Positions 23,890 through 31,373 of a stretch of 32,000 nt of DNA are shown here, piece by piece. The translations under genes and the position numbers were made by a program. The notes under the pieces were generated by a model. That model searched no databases and had not been told where the DNA came from. It was given only the letters and a program-made list of their open reading frames with translations. The stretch covers positions 210,001 to 242,000 of the forward strand of contig OY969425.1 in the NCBI GenBank assembly GCA_963699255.1. Direction: 5' to 3'. The DNA is from an uncultured bacterium. GTDB lineage: Bacteria > Margulisbacteria > WOR-1 > CAVSGV01. Position 1 is the first letter of the stretch. Each line of letters begins with the position of its first letter.

Positions 23890-23962
23890 GGGCCGCTAGC
23901 TCATTTGGTAGAGCACCTGCCTTTTAAGCAGGTGGTGCCGGGTTCGAACCCCGGGCGGCTCA
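23890..23962 (+). tRNA. tRNA-Lys (anticodon TTT)
   Basis: Acceptor GGGCCGC/GCGGCTC, anticodon arm CCTGC-CTTTTAA-GCAGG, T arm CCGGG-TTCGAAC-CCCGG. No encoded CCA. Confidence 0.9.
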
Positions 23963-24000
23963 GTTCTCTTTCCGATAAGCGTGTGCATAAGGGGGACACA

Positions 24001-25401
24001 ATGAAAAAACGGTACTTTGTGATCGGGGTCATTGTTTCAGCGCTTGTTTCTCTGGCTTTGATCACCGGCTGCGGGACCAACCCCACAGGAGGCGGGGGAG
24101 GGGGCGGCGGCGGTTTACCGGTCAAATATGCAAATTATATCTGGGTTTCAAATACAGGATCCGATGACGCCGGAACAGGCACAAGTGAAGCCTGTGCGTA
24201 CCAGACCATTAACCACGCTTTAAGCGTTGCCACGCCGGAAACGCTTATACGCGTTGTGGATGGTCTTTACACAGAACATCTTATCTGGCCTACAACTAAG
24301 ACCGTATGCATCAGCGGCGAATCCAGGGACGGGACCATAATTTCCAGCGATGCGACCGTCAGATGCATTGATATCGGGCCAGGTTCCGCGACAAACCAGA
24401 CAATAACGATGGAATCGCTGACCATAACCAATGGTTGTCCCCCCTCAGGTTTAGGGAACAACGGTGGCGGTATATTTATTGATCAAAGCGACATTAACCT
24501 CAGCCTAAAGAACGTTGCAATGACATACAACAGGGTTGACACAACAGTAGATGATCGAGGCGGCGCCATATACGGCGAGTACAATACGGACAGCGTTATC
24601 GCGGAAAACTGTATTTTTTCATCTAATGAGGCTTACTCGGGAGGCGCGATCTTTTTGCAGGCGGCCGGAGCGTCAGATACGAATATTTTAAAAGCGAAAA
24701 ATTGCATATTCTTTGGCAACTCAGCCCGGTATCAAGCCGGGGCTGTATTTGCGCCGTATGTTCTGCTTGAAGCAAGTGCTTTCTACGATAACTCAGCGAC
24801 ATATCCTGGTGGCTCTGATTATAGTAATTCAGGCGCCGCATACATCATGGACGGCGGGCTTATCGTAAACTGCGTTTTTTATAATAATACAGTAACAGGA
24901 TCAGGCAGCATTCAAGTTAACGGCGGAGCAATAAGGTTTGATGATAATGCGATACTTGAAGTAGTCAACTGCACCATTGTTTCAAATGAGGTAATAGGGT
25001 CAACAGCTGGTTATGGCGGCGGTATTAGTTATGCCAGCGCTGCTAACCCATTGCTGAAAGTAAAGAATTGCATTGTCTGGGGCAATATGGCCGCATCTTC
25101 CCCTGAGGTTGCTTCTTATTCTACTTACCCGACGGTTGGGCCTACCTGTAAAGTGTCATATTCTGACATAAAAGGCGGGTATGCGGGAAAAGGGAATGTG
25201 AACATCAATCCAATATTTGTCGGGACAATACCATATAGCAGTGTAGAGGCCTTTAAATTGTCGTCAAGCTCTACAACTAAAGTCACTCACGGCGGAACAA
25301 TGTCAGGCGCTCCGTCCAGGGATTATTCTGGAAAAGCCAGGGGGGTGCCGTCTATAGTGGGATCGATCCAGTTTTATTCAATGGGAGCGTTCGAGTATTA
25401 A
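24001..25401 (+). CDS. lipoprotein with parallel beta-helix / PMP-type repeats
   Basis: 466 aa from ATG 24001, with the SD AAGGGGGA upstream. It has the signal plus lipobox VSLALITGC, a G9 linker, then repeated GGAI(Y/F) ... N(C/S)xFxxN units (GGGIFIDQS, GGAIYGEY, GGAIFLQA, NCIFFGNSA, GGAIRFDD, NCTIVSNE, GGGISYAS, NCIVWGN). The ORF-track start at 23875 runs through tRNA-Lys and is rejected. Confidence 0.75.
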   Translation: MKKRYFVIGVIVSALVSLALITGCGTNPTGGGGGGGGGLPVKYANYIWVSNTGSDDAGTGTSEACAYQTINHALSVATPETLIRVVDGLYTEHLIWPTTKTVCISGESRDGTIISSDATVRCIDIGPGSATNQTITMESLTITNGCPPSGLGNNGGGIFIDQSDINLSLKNVAMTYNRVDTTVDDRGGAIYGEYNTDSVIAENCIFSSNEAYSGGAIFLQAAGASDTNILKAKNCIFFGNSARYQAGAVFAPYVLLEASAFYDNSATYPGGSDYSNSGAAYIMDGGLIVNCVFYNNTVTGSGSIQVNGGAIRFDDNAILEVVNCTIVSNEVIGSTAGYGGGISYASAANPLLKVKNCIVWGNMAASSPEVASYSTYPTVGPTCKVSYSDIKGGYAGKGNVNINPIFVGTIPYSSVEAFKLSSSSTTKVTHGGTMSGAPSRDYSGKARGVPSIVGSIQFYSMGAFEY

Positions 25402-25422
25402 GGGGATATCGGGAGCTTAATT

Positions 25423-26763
25423 TCACTTTCCCGGATCGAGCTTGCTGACGACCTTACGCAATTCATCCATAAGCGGATGATCCATGACATTTTTGCCTAA
25501 GTGGTGCGCCTCTAATATTCCGTTTATCTGATCTTCCGCTAATATATCAATGCCGTAGTTGCGACGCTGCGTGTCATAGAAATACCCGTCAAGGAAAAGC
25601 TTGGCAATATCGATCCCAAAGATTTGGCGCAGCGTGAAAAGAAGATTATCGTTCAGATGTACCCTGCAGCCGTACCAGACGAATCCTCTGATCTGATTCG
25701 CGCGGTAAGCTATGTTCTGGATCAGCGTTGTTCCGTTGATGTTCATGCCGGCCTCAAAATCAGGGATCGTAATGTTCATATTGTCCTTAACAAGGATATT
25801 GCCCGGATGCAATGCACCCTGAGTTATTCCTATATCGTGGATTTCGCGATAAGTCCGTCCGACATTTGAAAATAATGTCATGATGGTACCTCTGTTACGT
25901 GCGGTCTTATATGGGGCTAGCTTGATCATATAACTACCATTTTCTGCTTTTCCTTCGCCAACCAGATCGGCAAAAGCAGAGCGCAGGTCGGTCTCATTTC
26001 CTTCCATTCCGTGGATAACGAATCCAAGAGGTTCGTCATTATAAACCACATCGTTGAAATGCCCCTGTCCCAATGGGCATACGACTTTACCTTCTTTTTT
26101 AAAAGCGAAGTCCATCAATGAGAATTCATTCTCGGCTGATTTCAGGTCCATTGCTCCCCTTGGTTTATACGGTTCTTGTATCTGCGCCGCTACTTTTCCA
26201 TCAGGACCGAAAACAGTGGATATCCAGGGAGGCATGTCCGTGAAAGGAGAGAGCGTTTTGTCCGCGTCAAAGCAAACCCCCTTAAGCTTTATCTGGCGTA
26301 TTATCCTTCCTCCTATGCTGACGGGCTCAGGCAGGTTAAAGTACAAGCTCCGTCCCGCCATATTGTCATAATCCAAGCCTGCGGACAGATCGCTGAAGTT
26401 CCAACCCAGGACGTGCATGACCCTGACTATTGCGAGCAGTGGAAGCGAAGAGTAAATTTCATCGGGAACAGACAACTCAAACCTTCGATTGCCTTTGACG
26501 TCCAATTTATTCCATAGATGCTCGATACCGGCGACCGCTTTTTCGGCGTCAATGAGGCTGATCCCTCCATGATCGAAAAGCGACGCAAATCCCCGTGCTT
26601 TATTATTGAGGCCGTCGCGTCGCTGAATGATATACTTTATGCGGCTCAGTTGTTCATCAGTAATATTTTTAACAACCTGATGAGGCAGTTTGGATGCCGA
26701 TATGCTTTGCCGCAATAATGAGAAGCTCTTGGCGACCATAGTTCTTTCGGAAATTACAGGCAT
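25423..26763 (-). CDS. protein-kinase-like fold protein (LPS-kinase/APH-like) with a degenerate catalytic loop
   Basis: About 446 aa from ATG 26763 (AAGGAG lies 11 nt upstream; GTG 26775 is an alternative). It has an N-lobe-like IGGRIIRQIKLKG and alphaC-like SAENEFSLMDF, followed by IHDIGITQGALHPGNILV and ITIPDFEAG. These align with the HGDLHPGNIL and IDFE motifs of APH/Kdo-kinase-type enzymes, but His becomes Gln and the catalytic Asp becomes Ala. Confidence 0.6.
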   Translation of the reverse strand: MPVISERTMVAKSFSLLRQSISASKLPHQVVKNITDEQLSRIKYIIQRRDGLNNKARGFASLFDHGGISLIDAEKAVAGIEHLWNKLDVKGNRRFELSVPDEIYSSLPLLAIVRVMHVLGWNFSDLSAGLDYDNMAGRSLYFNLPEPVSIGGRIIRQIKLKGVCFDADKTLSPFTDMPPWISTVFGPDGKVAAQIQEPYKPRGAMDLKSAENEFSLMDFAFKKEGKVVCPLGQGHFNDVVYNDEPLGFVIHGMEGNETDLRSAFADLVGEGKAENGSYMIKLAPYKTARNRGTIMTLFSNVGRTYREIHDIGITQGALHPGNILVKDNMNITIPDFEAGMNINGTTLIQNIAYRANQIRGFVWYGCRVHLNDNLLFTLRQIFGIDIAKLFLDGYFYDTQRRNYGIDILAEDQINGILEAHHLGKNVMDHPLMDELRKVVSKLDPGK

Positions 26764-26797
26764 TGAATCTTGCACTCCTTTGCTGTTTACACATTAA

Positions 26798-26816
26798 TAT
26801 CGCGTTTTTCGCGATA
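26798..26816. promoter_or_regulatory. perfect palindrome TATCGCG-ttttt-CGCGATA upstream of the kinase-like gene
   Basis: Read directly. It lies about 35 nt upstream of the start codon. An operator or hairpin role is inferred. Confidence 0.3.
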
Positions 26817-26926
26817 AAATTTCATTATTTGGATATGTTCTGATGATTTCCGCTGAACTATGCGAAGGAAGATCCCGGGCGGATCGATTTCGTTATTATT
26901 TATTGGATTAATATATAGTAATAAAA

Positions 26927-27691
26927 TTATTTCTGCAGGATACTGTTAGGACTAGGAAAGGGGGGACATATACTGCTGAAGGAATTGAATAGTTTGGCAG
27001 GTTCGAGAGTGCCTGTTTCTTCGTCCAGGGAGAAAAAGAATCCGCCGGGCTTCAGGATCCTGTGAACCTCACTTAAGACCTTTTCCATAAAAGGCGTGAT
27101 CTTTTCGCAAAAAAGCATTGACATATATCCGTAATTCAGAAAATTATAAGAGACGGCTATATCAAATGAATTGTCATGAAAACAATTCATGTCGCTCGCG
27201 TCCCCGACGATAAAATTGAGACCGCCTTGTTTTGCGTATTCCACTGCCGCCTCATTTTTGTCGATGCCGAATGTATTTGCGTCGTATTGATAATGCAGGA
27301 AATGCATATACGGACCCCAGTTCGGCGCGATCTGCAGAACATTTTTACCTTTTAACGCTTTAAGTCCGTGAAATTCCGATATTGCTGCATGAATGCCCGC
27401 GAAAATGATAGGTTCCGTATTGTAATCGATCGGCTTGAAATAGGGGGAAAAGAGGATCTTTTTTGCTAGAAGCTCATTTCCTTTCTGGACCGCTTCCTTG
27501 AATTCTTCATGCATCAAAAAAGAACTATTTTTAAGATCGCCAAAGTTTGTTACGCCAAGCAATTTTGATATCCCTTTTTCGGCGTTCGCCACAAAAGGGG
27601 GGTTATAACGCGAAAGCCTGGAAAGGGAATGCCCGAGATTGCGAGCTATGCCATCGGAACATGGTATCCTGTTTATAGAGATTCCGGCCAT
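26927..27691 (-). CDS. class I methyltransferase-fold protein with degenerate SAM-binding loop (paralog 1)
   Basis: 254 aa. The Rossmann-MTase order of motifs is kept (VLQIAPNWGPY / FGIDKN / VGDASDM / FDIAVSYNFL / LKPGGFFF), but the GxGxG loop is replaced by APNWG. It carries a ~110-aa N-terminal extension. Confidence 0.6.
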   Translation of the reverse strand: MAGISINRIPCSDGIARNLGHSLSRLSRYNPPFVANAEKGISKLLGVTNFGDLKNSSFLMHEEFKEAVQKGNELLAKKILFSPYFKPIDYNTEPIIFAGIHAAISEFHGLKALKGKNVLQIAPNWGPYMHFLHYQYDANTFGIDKNEAAVEYAKQGGLNFIVGDASDMNCFHDNSFDIAVSYNFLNYGYMSMLFCEKITPFMEKVLSEVHRILKPGGFFFSLDEETGTLEPAKLFNSFSSICPPFPSPNSILQK

Positions 27692-27760
27692 ATTAGGGTC
27701 TCACCTCATGTATTTATCGTAAAAAACGCTGAAGAATCCCAGACTTTCGGGATATTAACT
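27692..27760 (-). promoter_or_regulatory. conserved leader of paralog 1 (hairpin + U-rich tract + 23-nt invariant block with SD)
   Basis: The minus strand reads ATCCC-gaaagtct-GGGAT (27736-27753), then ...gcgtttttt..., then CGATAAATACATGAGGTGAGACC (27697-27719). That 23-mer is identical to 28635-28657. Confidence 0.5.
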
Positions 27761-27857
27761 CAAAGAACATAAGCGGCGGTCACGAGGGACGAGAGAGGAG
27801 AGTGCCGGACAGCTTATTTTCGTTCTTAGGCTTTGGTCCAATATACGGGATGGGAAG

Positions 27858-28628
27858 CTATTTTTTCAGGATGTTGACCGTTTTTGAAGGTGAGAACTCT
27901 ATACTGCGGAAATTTCTGAACAGTTTGACGGGATTGAGATTTTCAATTTCTTCATCTTCAGAGAAAAACAATCCTCCGCACTTCAGGACCCTGTGAACCT
28001 CGGTCAGGGCCTTTTCCATAAAGGACCTGGTCGTTTCTTTGCAGAACAGCTGCAGATATTCGGGATCAAGGAAATTAAGGGAGATCACAAGGTCAAAAAA
28101 TCTGTCATGAAAAAAATCCATTTTGCTCGCATCCCCGCTATAAAAGTTCAGGTCTCCCTTTTTTGCGTATTCAACCGCGACTATATTTTTGTCTATGCCG
28201 TAAGTTTTTGCGTCATAATTATAATGAAGGAAATGCATATACGGGCCCCAGTTAGCTGCCAGCTGCAACACGTTTTTTCCTTTTAGTTTATTGAGTCCAT
28301 AGACGCTCGATATTGCGGTATGAATGTTAGCGAAAGAAATAGTTCCGGTTTCGTAATCGATCGGCCTAAAAAATGGAGAAGAGTTAATGTTCCTTTCCTT
28401 TTGAGAATCTTTTTCCACCATTGCTTCCATTAATTTATCCTGCAAGAACGATGAAATTTGCTTAAGTTCTGTGGCGCTGACGCCGAGCATTTTCGGTATC
28501 TCAGTTAAGGCTTCCTTTACGAAAGTTGGGCGGTAAAGCATAAGCTTGCGGAATGAATTGCCGACCTGTTGAATGGTTCTTTGGGAACACGGGAGCTTTT
28601 TTATTTTGATTCCATCCATTCCGTCCAT
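27858..28628 (-). CDS. class I methyltransferase-fold protein with degenerate SAM-binding loop (paralog 2)
   Basis: 256 aa, about half identical to paralog 1 by eye, with the same substituted loop (VLQLAANWGPYMHFLHYNYDAKTYGIDKN). Confidence 0.6.
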   Translation of the reverse strand: MDGMDGIKIKKLPCSQRTIQQVGNSFRKLMLYRPTFVKEALTEIPKMLGVSATELKQISSFLQDKLMEAMVEKDSQKERNINSSPFFRPIDYETGTISFANIHTAISSVYGLNKLKGKNVLQLAANWGPYMHFLHYNYDAKTYGIDKNIVAVEYAKKGDLNFYSGDASKMDFFHDRFFDLVISLNFLDPEYLQLFCKETTRSFMEKALTEVHRVLKCGGLFFSEDEEIENLNPVKLFRNFRSIEFSPSKTVNILKK

Positions 28629-28701
28629 ATTAAAGGTCTCACCTCATGTATTTATCGGACGGAACGATGAAAAATCCCACGTTTTCGGGAAATTTATAAG
28701 G
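28629..28701 (-). promoter_or_regulatory. conserved leader of paralog 2 (weak terminator-like hairpin + 23-nt invariant block with SD)
   Basis: The minus strand reads UCCCG-aaaacg/UGGGA-type stem (28675-28690), followed by TTTTTC, then CGATAAATACATGAGGTGAGACC (28635-28657). It fills the whole GH5 / paralog 2 spacer. Confidence 0.5.
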
Positions 28702-29847
28702 CTAGTATCTGGAGAGTATTTTGAGAAGTTCCTTATGAAGAGAGAAGTTCCCTGTATCCAGGGTTTTGTATAGTTTCTTTTCATCATATTTAAGGATGCC
28801 GTATATATTTTCCATTCCGGGGGTTGTCGAATCCCTGCGGAACATTTCGTGGTTAAATATCCTGTATAACCCGTCCGGCACAAGCATGCCCGCGACGCTC
28901 TTGTATGTCCAGTAGCTCCACGACCAGCCGAATTCCCTGAAAAGGCTTAAGGTGTGCTCAACCCATTTGAGCTCGGCGTTGCATTCGGGACACCTGCTTG
29001 CGACTCCGAACTCGCCGACAAATATCGGGACGTTAGATTTGTTCTGGATATCAAGAAAAGGTTTTAGCAGGTTCTTTATTTCATTTTTGCCGGGGCATTT
29101 GAGCAGGGGGTTCCAATTGAACGTGAAACTGATGGGCTGATAAAAGTGTATGCTCCACGCGAAATTATCATCTTTCGGCGCTTTTATCCCGTCGAAATCC
29201 GCAGCCCACATATTCGGTTCGATAAAGATAATGTGATCGTCCTTGTTCTTTCGGATGGCTCTTATGATCCGCGCGTATAATCCGTTTATCTTGTCGACTT
29301 CAGCCGTTACAGGTTCGTTCAGGATGTCGTAGCCGGCTATTATTTCTTCATTCGCGTATCTTTTTGAGATAGCGTCCCATATGTCCACGGTTTGCCGGAT
29401 GAATTTGCCGTCTTCCCAGAGATCCGCGCTTCCGTCAGAATCGCTGTGCCAGTCGCTGTTCTGCGATCCCGGCGCAGCGTGAAGGTCAAGTATCAGATAT
29501 ACTTTATGCTTTTTGAACCATCGAACGATATTATCCATCAGCTTGAACCCGTTCTTGCTTTTCAGTACCCTGTAGTTGATCGGTAGCCTGGCGCAGTTGA
29601 ACCCGAGCCTCTTGATCCCGGCGACGTCGCTTTCATCGAAAAAGTGCTTCTGGAATTCGGCGGTGAAACGTTCAAGCCCTTTTTTACCGTAAAGAGCCCT
29701 TATTCTGTCCTTGAAAACATGCTCGGGAATGTCCCTGCCGCCCAGCATGTATCCCTCCATCATTAGCCATCCTCCGATGCCGATTGAGCGCAGGACGACT
29801 TCCCGGCCTTTTTCGTCCACTATCTTTTTCCCGCTGGTTTTAAGCAT
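28702..29847 (-). CDS. glycoside hydrolase family 5 protein, apparently cytoplasmic
   Basis: 381 aa with GIGGWLMMEGYM, GFNCARLPINY, LDLHAAPGSQN, the acid/base ILNEP and the nucleophile FVGEFG. No signal peptide (MLKTSGKKIVDEKGREV). Confidence 0.85.
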   Translation of the reverse strand: MLKTSGKKIVDEKGREVVLRSIGIGGWLMMEGYMLGGRDIPEHVFKDRIRALYGKKGLERFTAEFQKHFFDESDVAGIKRLGFNCARLPINYRVLKSKNGFKLMDNIVRWFKKHKVYLILDLHAAPGSQNSDWHSDSDGSADLWEDGKFIRQTVDIWDAISKRYANEEIIAGYDILNEPVTAEVDKINGLYARIIRAIRKNKDDHIIFIEPNMWAADFDGIKAPKDDNFAWSIHFYQPISFTFNWNPLLKCPGKNEIKNLLKPFLDIQNKSNVPIFVGEFGVASRCPECNAELKWVEHTLSLFREFGWSWSYWTYKSVAGMLVPDGLYRIFNHEMFRRDSTTPGMENIYGILKYDEKKLYKTLDTGNFSLHKELLKILSRY

Positions 29848-29854
29848 TGTTTTT

Positions 29855-29863
29855 ATACTAGCA
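29855..29863 (-). promoter_or_regulatory. extended -10 TGcTAGTAT, 7 nt before the GH5 ATG (leaderless geometry)
   Basis: The minus strand reads tttTGcTAGTATaaaaacaATG. No SD is present. Confidence 0.45.
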
Positions 29864-29881
29864 AAGTAAGTTTATATTGTC

Positions 29882-29887
29882 TATAAT
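29882..29887 (+). promoter_or_regulatory. TATAAT box 10 nt before tRNA-Asp
   Basis: gtcTATAATgggaaaaccg precedes the tRNA 5' end at 29898. It is divergent from, and almost back to back with, the GH5 promoter. Confidence 0.35.
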
Positions 29888-29897
29888 GGGAAAACCG

Positions 29898-29976
29898 GGG
29901 CCCGTGGTGTAGCCTGGTCTAACACGTCTGCCTGTCACGCAGAAGATCGAGGGTTCAAATCCCTTCGGGCCCGCCA
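29898..29976 (+). tRNA. tRNA-Asp (anticodon GTC), CCA encoded
   Basis: Acceptor GGGCCCG/CGGGCCC, anticodon arm TCTGC-CTGTCAC-GCAGA, T-loop TTCAAAT, 3' GCCA. Confidence 0.88.
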
Positions 29977-30017
29977 GACTCACAAATGTTTTGGGCCGTG
30001 TTTTAAGGAGGAGATCC

Positions 30018-30500
30018 ATGAAAAAGACAGCTGTGTTTTTGCTCGCATTGTTTTTTTTCGCGACGGCATATGCTCTGAGCAGTTTTCAGGCGGCATATAA
30101 ACCCACGGATTTTCTGTTGAACGATCTGACAGGCAAGCCTATTTCTTCTGCGATATATAAAGGCAAGGCCGTGTTGATGGTGTTTTTCCGGGCGGAGTGT
30201 CCCGGCTGCCAGCAGGAACTCCCTCAGATAGAGCAGCTTTACGAGAAATACAGATCAAAGAAATTCGATGTCCTGGGCGTGAACGTCAGGGAGGACGCTG
30301 ATGTTGTCAGAGCTTTTGCCAGGGACAATAAACTGTCATTCACTGTTATTCTGGATGATGCAGGCGGCCTCGCCTCCGCATATCAGATAAAGTTCATTCC
30401 CAGGATAGTGATCCTGGACAGGTCGGGGAAAATAAGATTCAGTTCTTATGGCATTCCCATGAAGGATATTGAGAAAGAGATAAAGAAAGTTCTAAAATGA
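30018..30500 (+). CDS. TlpA/ResA-family thiol-disulfide oxidoreductase (thioredoxin fold)
   Basis: 160 aa from ATG 30018, with AAGGAGGAG upstream. It has the signal/anchor KKTAVFLLALFFFATAYA, the active site CPGC in FFRAECPGCQQELP and FIPRIVILD. Confidence 0.8.
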   Translation: MKKTAVFLLALFFFATAYALSSFQAAYKPTDFLLNDLTGKPISSAIYKGKAVLMVFFRAECPGCQQELPQIEQLYEKYRSKKFDVLGVNVREDADVVRAFARDNKLSFTVILDDAGGLASAYQIKFIPRIVILDRSGKIRFSSYGIPMKDIEKEIKKVLK

Positions 30501-31216
30501 ACTTTTTCGTTGCTTTTCTCGCGGGCCTTTTGACCTTTTTCAGCCCGTGCGTTTTTCCGCTGATACCGTCTTACATATCATATGTTACCGGATTTTCCGT
30601 CGATGACCTCTCGCACGGCGACAAAAAGCTTTTGCTTAAGAGGTCCATATTCGGGTCTTTGAGCTTCATCCTGGGATTCTCGATCATATTTATCCTTATG
30701 GGCATTTCCGCTTCTTTTGCCGGCAGCCTGATTTTTCAATTTCAAAATTACATAAGGGTCGTCGGCGGGGCCGTGATAGTATTCTTCGGATTAGCCATGA
30801 CCGGATTATTGACAATAAGGTCCCTGGAAACAGAAAAAAGGTTCGGCATGAAGAACAAGCCCGTTGGCTATGCGGGCGCGTTGATATTAGGGATGACCTT
30901 TGCGGCGGGGTGGGTGCCGTGCGTCGGGCCGATACTCTCTTCCATCCTGACCATTGCCGCTACTTCCGGCTCGAGATTTTATGGCGGGCTACTTCTGTTT
31001 TCATACTGTTTGGGGCTGGGAAGCCCGATACTCGTGTCCGCGGTAGCGTTTAATTATTTTCTGGCTCTCTACAGGCACATCGTAAAATACCTTAGATTGA
31101 TCTCGGTGGTCAGCGGAGTGCTCTTGATATTTATCGGCCTCCTCCTGATGACAGATAATCTTACCTGGCTTTCCGATCATCTGACCCGTCTTTTCATCTT
31201 CAGCGGAACACATTAA
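30497..31216 (+). CDS. ccdA: cytochrome c biogenesis / thiol-reductant transporter CcdA (DsbD family)
   Basis: 239 aa polytopic protein with FSPCVFPLIP and GWVPCVGPIL motifs. The start overlaps the TlpA stop (ATGA). Confidence 0.88.
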   Translation: MNFFVAFLAGLLTFFSPCVFPLIPSYISYVTGFSVDDLSHGDKKLLLKRSIFGSLSFILGFSIIFILMGISASFAGSLIFQFQNYIRVVGGAVIVFFGLAMTGLLTIRSLETEKRFGMKNKPVGYAGALILGMTFAAGWVPCVGPILSSILTIAATSGSRFYGGLLLFSYCLGLGSPILVSAVAFNYFLALYRHIVKYLRLISVVSGVLLIFIGLLLMTDNLTWLSDHLTRLFIFSGTH

Positions 31217-31248
31217 AACACTGAGACAGAGCCACGCGTATCCGTGTA

Positions 31249-31277
31249 TTGTCTAATAGTTGAATTTCTAATATAAT
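31249..31277 (+). promoter_or_regulatory. promoter TTGTCT-17-TATAAT for the tRNA-Thr pair
   Basis: TTGTCT at 31249-31254 and TATAAT at 31272-31277. The first tRNA starts 12 nt downstream. Confidence 0.5.
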
Positions 31278-31289
31278 GTGGCAGATTCC

Positions 31290-31362
31290 GCCCGTGTAGC
31301 TCAGCTGGTAGAGCAGCTGATTCGTAATCAGCAGGTCGTCGGTTCAATTCCGACCGCGGGCT
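31290..31362 (+). tRNA. tRNA-Thr (anticodon CGT)
   Basis: Acceptor GCCCGTG/CGCGGGC, anticodon arm GCTGA-TTCGTAA-TCAGC, T-loop TTCAATT. No encoded CCA. Confidence 0.9.
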
Positions 31363-31373
31363 TATGTTTTCGC

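Noticed and set aside
23875-24000. ORF-track N-terminal extension of the beta-helix lipoprotein (MAGQVGPLAHLVEHLPFKQ...).
   Set aside because: This stretch is the translation of tRNA-Lys(TTT) and its flank. ATG 24001 has an SD and a proper signal peptide and lipobox.
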